From Desulfocapsa sulfexigens DSM 10523 (GTDB lineage Bacteria > Desulfobacterota > Desulfobulbia > Desulfobulbales > Desulfocapsaceae), in the NCBI RefSeq assembly GCF_000341395.1, contig NC_020304.1, positions 3,540,001-3,572,000 on the forward strand: a DNA stretch of 32,000 bases, written 5' to 3'. The notes beneath the pieces are model-generated. The model was not told the origin of the DNA, did not search any database, and saw only the letters and a list, made by a program, of their open reading frames with translations. Shown one piece after another: positions 26,056-32,000 of the stretch (its first letter is position 1; the number at the start of each line of letters is the position of its first letter). The translations under genes and the position numbers were made by a program.

Positions 26056-26868
26056 ATGCGACCAAGCCTATTGTTCGGAAACTCTTTTTTCCGTCATTTT
26101 CTCATTGCCGGACTGCTTCTCCTGCTCCTTTCCTCCTGCAGATCAAACAGCAGCGGGCCACGGACAGTACATATCGCCCCCGATCCAACCATTTTACGAG
26201 TTGGGATTTCTGCCAATGCCCCCCCTCTTATCTATTCAAAGAATAATACCATAACCGGTCTTGAAGCTGAATTTGCGCAAAAACTCGGACAATTTATCGG
26301 GAGAAAAGTTAAATTTATAGAATTAAAATGGGAAGAACAGATAACGGCACTTGAGAAGAATCAAATTGATATCATCATGTCAGGAATGACAATTACTCAG
26401 GCCAGAGAGTACCGTATAGCATTTTCGGACCCCTACCTGCGTTCCGGCCAGATTCTCCTGGTTCGACTTGGTGAAAAAGCCAGATTCTCCACCGGGATAT
26501 ACAGCTTGATGAACTCCAGTTATGTTATTGGTACCGTTAGCAACACAACTGGAGATCTTTTTATCACCAGGACCCTCAATGGAGTGAAGGTAAAATCATT
26601 TGCAAAATCGACCGATGCTGTAAAGGCTCTCATAAACAGAGATATTGACGCTTTTGTTTACGATGCACCCATGGTCTGTCATTATGCTGCTATCAACGAG
26701 AACAATAAACTCACGCCCATAATGACACTTGTCACGGAAGAATATCTTGCATGGGGAATACGTAAAGAGGACAACAACCTGCGCAATCAGGCCAACGCCT
26801 TTCTTGAAGAATTAAAAGAGCAGCAGGAACTACCGCGGATGCTTAGAACCTGGATTCCCTATATGTGA
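26056..26868 (+). CDS. Solute-binding lipoprotein, SBP_bac_3 (polar amino acid) family, without adjacent permease/ATPase genes
   Basis: Lipobox LLLLLSSC. It also carries LRVGISANAPPLIY, DIIMSGMTIT and the FSDPY family blocks. Confidence 0.8.
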   Translation: MRPSLLFGNSFFRHFLIAGLLLLLLSSCRSNSSGPRTVHIAPDPTILRVGISANAPPLIYSKNNTITGLEAEFAQKLGQFIGRKVKFIELKWEEQITALEKNQIDIIMSGMTITQAREYRIAFSDPYLRSGQILLVRLGEKARFSTGIYSLMNSSYVIGTVSNTTGDLFITRTLNGVKVKSFAKSTDAVKALINRDIDAFVYDAPMVCHYAAINENNKLTPIMTLVTEEYLAWGIRKEDNNLRNQANAFLEELKEQQELPRMLRTWIPYM

Positions 26869-26910
26869 GAACGTGAAGTTTTCAAAAAAAAACTTTTTAT
26901 ATGAACTCTT

Positions 26911-27417
26911 ATGATACAAAAGACTACCAAACGGAAAAATTATCTTAGCTGGGATGAATATTTTATGGCCGTGGCACTCCTTTCGGCCCAACGCAGTAAG
27001 GATCCCTCCACTCAGGTTGGAGCCTGTGTAGCAAACGAAAACAACAAGATCGTCGGAGTTGGCTATAACGGTTTTCCATGGGGATGTCCCGATGATGAAC
27101 TGCCATGGGCACGTGAGGGTAAATATCTGGACACAAAATACCCCTTTGTATGCCATGCAGAACTCAACGCTGTGCTTAACTCCACAGCCCCAAATCTCAA
27201 TGACTGCAGGATTTATGTCGGACTCTTTCCCTGTAACGAATGCACCAAAGTAATCATCCAGTCAGGAATTCGAGAGATTATCTACCTTTCCGACAAATAT
27301 GCTGATTCCGATTCTGTGAGGGCATCCAAACTGATGTTGGATACATCTGGAACGCTGTATAGACAATTTGAAGCTCACAATAAAGAAATCATCCTTAAAC
27401 TCTTCAACGATTGTTGA
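26911..27417 (+). CDS. dCMP deaminase (ComEB/Dcd-like cytidine/deoxycytidylate deaminase)
   Basis: WDEYFMAVALLSAQRSKDPSTQVGA, with zinc motifs CHAELNA and PCNECTK. Confidence 0.88.
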   Translation: MIQKTTKRKNYLSWDEYFMAVALLSAQRSKDPSTQVGACVANENNKIVGVGYNGFPWGCPDDELPWAREGKYLDTKYPFVCHAELNAVLNSTAPNLNDCRIYVGLFPCNECTKVIIQSGIREIIYLSDKYADSDSVRASKLMLDTSGTLYRQFEAHNKEIILKLFNDC

Positions 27418-27429
27418 GTTTCCAACATA

Positions 27430-28410
27430 CTAATGCTCATAGCCCTGAAACGTGATTTCCTCAGCGGTACCGTCTTCCCTCTGCAGGAACACTCCCTCCC
27501 CTGAATGAATTTTCCCGATCTGCACAACTCCCGGAAAACGCTTCGCAAAACCTGCCTCCTCTCCCCGCCTCACCGTAAAGACCAACTGGTAATCCTCACC
27601 GGAACGGAGCAGCAAACCTTCGACATCGATATTCAAAAGTGCCGCAGCAGGAGGGAGTTCTGGAAGGAAGGGAAGACAGTCAGCTTGAATATGTGCAGAT
27701 ACCTCCGATGCTTTGCAAATATGGGCAAGATCGGTGGCAATTCCGTCGGAGATATCCTGCATGGCCGTTACCAATCCACTTTCGGCCAGTTTAAGTCCAA
27801 GAGCTACCTGTGGCTTCGGATCAAGATGGGCGCCAATTAATACCTCAAACAAATCAAACCGGGTGTCATCCGGGTACTGTTTTTTATGAGTCAGTATTTT
27901 TAGCCCGATTCCTGCAGAGCCTAAGGGGCCAGAAACCCATACGGTATCACCTTCTCCTGCGGTGTTGCGGTAAATAGCCCCGCTTTCCAATGGTTCTCCG
28001 AGCACAGTCACGGTCATCGCCAGTTCTTTGGCCTTTACCGTATCGCCGCCAATCAAAGCACATTTAAATTCGTCAAGAATTTCAAGAACACCATCAAGCC
28101 AGGACGAAATCCAGTCCCACTCGAGATCCACAGGCAAACACAGAGCCAATAGAACAAATCGGGGGTTACCCCCCATTGCTGCAATATCACTGACATTAAC
28201 AGCAATCGTTTTCCTGCCAAGGAGCTTGGGTGGATGAAAGCTTCGATCAAAATGTATCCCATCAATCAGACTGTCTGTGGAAATCAGAAAGGAATTACGG
28301 GCTACAACTTCACAACAGTCATCCCCAATTGATTTCAACAGGCCCACATCCTGACTCTTACTGGCTTGACGAATTTTTTCTATCAGTCTTCGTTCTGACC
28401 AGGCAGCCAC
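27430..28410 (-). CDS. thiL: Thiamine-monophosphate kinase
   Basis: AIR-synthase-related fold blocks SERRLIEKI, IGDDCCEV, STDSLIDGIHF, AVNVSDIAAMGG and GGDT. A GTG start overlaps the upstream TAG stop by 1 nt. Confidence 0.85.
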   Translation of the reverse strand: MAAWSERRLIEKIRQASKSQDVGLLKSIGDDCCEVVARNSFLISTDSLIDGIHFDRSFHPPKLLGRKTIAVNVSDIAAMGGNPRFVLLALCLPVDLEWDWISSWLDGVLEILDEFKCALIGGDTVKAKELAMTVTVLGEPLESGAIYRNTAGEGDTVWVSGPLGSAGIGLKILTHKKQYPDDTRFDLFEVLIGAHLDPKPQVALGLKLAESGLVTAMQDISDGIATDLAHICKASEVSAHIQADCLPFLPELPPAAALLNIDVEGLLLRSGEDYQLVFTVRRGEEAGFAKRFPGVVQIGKIHSGEGVFLQREDGTAEEITFQGYEH

Positions 28411-28793
28411 TATTTAACCCTTTTCAAAAAGGAGGCTTTACTCTTTGCAGTACTCTTTTCCTTTTGCTGAGGAGGTACTTGGAGTGGTTTCTCTATGGAT
28501 GGAACAAGATTCACAGCTTTTACAAAACGTTTTTCTCCACCCATGGTAAAAATTTCCTTTCCCGTCATCTGTGCCGTACGCAATGTCCAGGTGGTTTCCT
28601 GGGGGGGGACAGTCAAAAACGTCAAACTCAGATGCCACCATTCGTCCTTGCGTGTAGGATCACGCTCTATATCTGTAACGAGAGCATAGACAAGCATCTG
28701 TGGTTCTTTAGCCACAATAAGCACCAGATCACCAATATCAGTGCTTTCCTTAAAGGGGACGATCTGCTCTAATTCTGCAACAAGTTTTTCCAT
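28410..28793 (-). CDS. Hypothetical protein (127 aa) with a basic Lys/Gln/Pro-rich tail
   Basis: An ORF packed tightly between two genes, with its stop overlapping the thiL start. I recognise no motif. Confidence 0.55.
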   Translation of the reverse strand: MEKLVAELEQIVPFKESTDIGDLVLIVAKEPQMLVYALVTDIERDPTRKDEWWHLSLTFLTVPPQETTWTLRTAQMTGKEIFTMGGEKRFVKAVNLVPSIEKPLQVPPQQKEKSTAKSKASFLKRVK

Positions 28794-28817
28794 ATTCTAT
28801 TCCATTTCAGGTATGAT

Positions 28818-30533
28818 TTACTGGACAATCGCAGTGCTGGATTCCAGAACAATGCTGTCTTTCGTTATAACTGAACGGGATCCGAGCTGATCATACATGG
28901 CAATTCCATCAAGCAATGGCAAAATAAGCTGGTTGACCATGATTTCAGCACTCCTTGCCAGTTCAGGACCTTGTATGGCAGCCATACTGCCTCCCCACAC
29001 AGCTAGATCTTTCAGGGCATTAGCCAGTTTTGCTATGTGAATATACGCTGCCGAATTGTTCTCCTTAAGTAACCCCTGTCCAACCTCTTTCATTGCAGCA
29101 CTGCTGATAAGGCCCTTAGCATTATCACCTCGAAGCTCTACAATTTTTTCTATAAGGTCAACAGAATTAGAAATCAGCAGATAGTTTCCAATAAGGGTAA
29201 AAGCTGGCTGTAAGCCACCCTGAGGTGCCTCTCCCCAGAAGGAGATATCATGTTTCTTATACTGTTTTATGCTTACCGGGATATCTGCATTACGCAACAG
29301 GATAGTAAACACCTCTATAAATTTAACGGGTTTTTTGAGCTGGACAACCATAGTTGCCTTCGGCAAGGGGATCCCTTCACGATCAACGTCATCAACGATC
29401 ATGGCAAACTCGTTGTCTACCATATCAAGCAGTTCTTCGAGTTCCACCCCCGCACTGTCGCGTAACTCATGACGCAGTATATCGAATGCTTCAGGTTGTT
29501 GCCGGGTAGTCCTGGAAGAATACAACTCCCAGATAAGTGGAAGATTCAAGGTATTGGTCCAATAATAAAAAAGTGAGTCATCGGGAACTAGTTGAAGCGT
29601 CTTATTTTTACCGGGTTTGATCTCACACAACCGGGCAATCCTGCTGTCGAGCTTACTCTTGTCGTAGAGAATTTCAGTCCTGTCCATAACCTGAGTTTTT
29701 TCGTTCCAGATACCATAAGCTGCGGCTCCCCAACCATCCCATTCATCAAGTAGAGCAAAAAACTCAGCCCTCTCTTTTTCGGCCAGATCTTCACCGATCA
29801 TTCGCCCCTGAGCTAACAGTGCTGGAAATGAGAGATAGGTAAAAATTTCAGTTCCCTTGAAGTTTTTCCGTAATCTCATAAAATCTTTATTACGACTAAG
29901 AGTATCCTTCTTAGTATCATAATGATCGAGGCTTTTACGTACCAAACGTTCTTCAAACCCTGCAATTACAAGACCTTCAACGGAAACGGCCGACAAAGTA
30001 TTCACCTCATCAATCTGGTATCTTGTTATGATGTGGGGACCATATTGAACGCTACTCTGTTCGATATCTCTACTGAGAAAAGGAGCAAGCATCTGCAGCA
30101 TTTTCACATTATGACGAGGTCTGGCAATAAGCAGGAGGCGCTCTTCAATAGCCTTGGCCGGATTATCAGCCGAAAAAGACGTTGCCGGAAAAAACGCTAT
30201 TGAGAATTCCTTTCCAAGGAGTTCATTAAAGCCGGGGGCATCTAACACAGAACGCATCTTGATCCAGGATTCTTCCATTGTCAGAAGCGAGATTCCCGGT
30301 TCACCAAGCTCTGCGGCAATACCTTTGTAATCTATTCCAGCCAGAACCTGGCCCAACCGACTCTCCAAAAAATCCGTATACATACTGGTAAAATCCAACT
30401 GTTCCCCATAAAAAAGGACATCGGATGGCAGACAATCTGCGGCCTCGATAGTTTTATCCTGCTTTCCCACAAAAATAAAAAGCAGTCCCAGGCAACAGAC
30501 AATCAGGATTACAACAATTCCAACTTTTTTCAT
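28818..30533 (-). CDS. N-terminally membrane-anchored 571-aa protein of unknown function (possibly DUF3352-like)
   Basis: It has a single N-terminal TM/signal anchor (KVGIVVILIVCCLGLLFIFV) and a long soluble remainder without catalytic motifs I recognise. The family guess is from memory only. Confidence 0.6.
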   Translation of the reverse strand: MKKVGIVVILIVCCLGLLFIFVGKQDKTIEAADCLPSDVLFYGEQLDFTSMYTDFLESRLGQVLAGIDYKGIAAELGEPGISLLTMEESWIKMRSVLDAPGFNELLGKEFSIAFFPATSFSADNPAKAIEERLLLIARPRHNVKMLQMLAPFLSRDIEQSSVQYGPHIITRYQIDEVNTLSAVSVEGLVIAGFEERLVRKSLDHYDTKKDTLSRNKDFMRLRKNFKGTEIFTYLSFPALLAQGRMIGEDLAEKERAEFFALLDEWDGWGAAAYGIWNEKTQVMDRTEILYDKSKLDSRIARLCEIKPGKNKTLQLVPDDSLFYYWTNTLNLPLIWELYSSRTTRQQPEAFDILRHELRDSAGVELEELLDMVDNEFAMIVDDVDREGIPLPKATMVVQLKKPVKFIEVFTILLRNADIPVSIKQYKKHDISFWGEAPQGGLQPAFTLIGNYLLISNSVDLIEKIVELRGDNAKGLISSAAMKEVGQGLLKENNSAAYIHIAKLANALKDLAVWGGSMAAIQGPELARSAEIMVNQLILPLLDGIAMYDQLGSRSVITKDSIVLESSTAIVQ

Positions 30534-30551
30534 ATTTACATTCTCTTGAAG

Positions 30552-31619
30552 TTAGGACTTTTCAGGCAACACATTAATTCTTTGATACCGTTCCTTAATA
30601 GTTAACCAGACACTTTCCTGACGTAAAAACGAATCAACAACATCAGGATCAAGATGTTCTCCCCGTTCCTGAGTGATAATACTCTTTACCTTCTCATGGG
30701 AAAAAGCTTCTTTGTAACATCGCTCACTGGTCATGGCATCATAAATATCAGCAAGGGCCATTATTCGTGCACCAAGAGGAATTGCATCCCCCTTCAAGCC
30801 CTCAGGGTACCCTTTTCCATTAAACTTTTCATGGTGATACATGGCAATATCACTGGCGGTTTTCAGATAATGGGATCCCGTTTTTGCAAAAATATCAAGG
30901 AGCATCCTTCCACCAATAACAGAGTGTTCTTTCATTATTTCAAACTCTTCACTGGTAAGCTTCCCTGGCTTATGAAGAATATTATCTGGAATTGCTACCT
31001 TCCCGATATCATGCAGAGGAGTAACCTGGGCAATTTCTTCAACAAAAGATGGTGTTAAATGAAATTTCTTACAATTTTCAAGAAGGTCATGGCCCAATAA
31101 CGCAGCATAACGCTGTACTTTCTCAAGGTGGTATCCGGTTTCCTCGCTTCTATATTCAGAAAGCCTGGCCATGGCGAGAATAAGCTCATCCTGGCTCTCC
31201 AGACGCAGGAGACGAATGCCACTCTTAATCCGTAGCTGTAGTTCCTCATTGAAGGCGGGTTTTGTGAGGAAATCATCTGCACCATCGTTCAAGGCTGCAA
31301 CGACGGAATGTTGCGCCTCATGTGAAGTTAGAACAATGATATAGGTATATTTTGTCTGCTCCTGACGGACCCTTCGAATCAACTCAAAACCATCCATAAA
31401 TGGCATATCAAGGTCAGTAACCACAAGCCGGATGTCCGGATTTTCTCTAAACAGCTTCAGTGCCTCAACACCGTTACAGGCTGTAATCACTTCATAACCC
31501 TGCTGTTCCACAAGCATTCTGATCAGCATCAACTGAGCCGAATCATCATCAACAATAAGGATAGAAAGCTTCCGGGTTTGCAACATACTCTTATCAATCA
31601 TTGTGGCCCCCATTCTCAA
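30552..31619 (-). CDS. Response regulator with receiver + HD-GYP output domain (RpfG family)
   Basis: The receiver carries ILIVDDD, DLDMPFMDG and LTKP. The HD-GYP domain carries HDIGKVAIPDNIL and HHEKFNGKGYPEGL. The listed start is a TTG, and ATG codons at 31613 or 31601 are alternatives. Confidence 0.88.
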   Translation of the reverse strand: MRMGATMIDKSMLQTRKLSILIVDDDSAQLMLIRMLVEQQGYEVITACNGVEALKLFRENPDIRLVVTDLDMPFMDGFELIRRVRQEQTKYTYIIVLTSHEAQHSVVAALNDGADDFLTKPAFNEELQLRIKSGIRLLRLESQDELILAMARLSEYRSEETGYHLEKVQRYAALLGHDLLENCKKFHLTPSFVEEIAQVTPLHDIGKVAIPDNILHKPGKLTSEEFEIMKEHSVIGGRMLLDIFAKTGSHYLKTASDIAMYHHEKFNGKGYPEGLKGDAIPLGARIMALADIYDAMTSERCYKEAFSHEKVKSIITQERGEHLDPDVVDSFLRQESVWLTIKERYQRINVLPEKS

Positions 31620-32000
31620 TCAATGCTTGAAGGGATTCGGTCAACTGGCGAAAAAGAGATGCATACTCACGAATATCACTTTTCTTTGCAGAAATATGGA
31701 GCATTCTTGCCAGTTCTATCTGTGTTACAAGTCCTAATCCCATCAGCGTTCCCTTTATTTTATGCGCAATGGATTCCAGTATAACGATTTGATTCAGTGC
31801 AAGAGCCTGAGATGCCTCCTGAATGGATAATTTCAGTGATCGAACCGACTCATCCAGCAGTTCCGTAAGCTGCTTTTCCTCCAGTGGATAGACCGACCGA
31901 AGGTGCTCCCAAGCTATTTTTCGTAAATCTTCTCCATTCGCTTCCTGTTTTTCTCCTGAACTTCCTGCCTCCTGAAATCCATCCTGAGAGTCAACAGTAA
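31594..32000 (-). CDS. C-terminal HPt (histidine phosphotransfer) domain of a protein whose 5' end lies outside the window
   Basis: My translation of the open minus-strand frame gives ...LESIAHKIKGTLMGLGLVTQIELARMLH...ENGGHND*. HKIKG is the HPt HxxKG motif, and the stop overlaps the response-regulator start region. Confidence 0.7.
   Translation of the reverse strand, partial: TVDSQDGFQEAGSSGEKQEANGEDLRKIAWEHLRSVYPLEEKQLTELLDESVRSLKLSIQEASQALALNQIVILESIAHKIKGTLMGLGLVTQIELARMLHISAKKSDIREYASLFRQLTESLQALIENGGHND

Noticed and set aside
1-32000. Mobile elements, CRISPR arrays, tRNA/rRNA genes, and split selenoprotein or frameshifted genes.
   Set aside because: I saw no transposase, integrase or reverse-transcriptase motifs, no regularly spaced repeats and no tRNA-like cloverleaf candidates in the intergenic gaps. 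No adjacent same-frame ORF pairs are interrupted by a single TGA.

Overview
This is a gene-dense 32-kb chromosomal window with about 38 CDS. I found no rRNA, tRNA, CRISPR array, transposase, integrase or phage gene. The gene content includes a c3/c7-type multihaem cytochrome, a DsrE-like protein, a 2x[4Fe-4S] ferredoxin, many PAS/GGDEF/HD-GYP proteins and a sigma-54-type promoter. Together with a GC content that looks like the low-to-mid 40s by eye, this suggests an anaerobic Desulfobacterota (Desulfobulbales-like) genome, which is inference only.

Layout:
- 339-8406 (-): sensor kinase, Amn-like protein, csp, gpmI, aroK, a GTDC1/QTMAN-like glycosyltransferase and a YkgJ-like protein.
- 8518-10045 (+): ppsR, a small membrane protein and ychJ.
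- 10065-15086 (-): hypothetical protein, GlpX-like protein, class 3 FBPase, a secreted protein, DsrE-like protein and a trihaem cytochrome.
- 15547-23355 (+): signalling run of GAF-kinase, ferredoxin, Usp, PAS-kinase, PAS-GGDEF, HD-GYP, NifX-like protein and ClC channel.
- 23682-24225 (+): two paralogous small membrane proteins behind a sigma-54-like promoter.
- 24320-27417: hydrolases, an orphan solute-binding lipoprotein and dCMP deaminase.
- 27430-32000 (-): thiL, two unknown proteins, a receiver-HD-GYP regulator and an HPt tail.

I see no clear defence island or mobile element. The best candidates for undescribed biology are:
1. An AMP-nucleosidase-like enzyme with a large unknown N-terminal region, translationally coupled to an orphan kinase.
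2. A bacterial homologue of eukaryotic queuosine-tRNA mannosyltransferase in a coupled three-gene cassette.
3. A sigma-54-driven pair of paralogous mini membrane proteins with a repeated 7-mer upstream.
4. A GlpX paralogue that appears to lack metal ligands.

All family calls come from motif recognition by eye; no searches were run.
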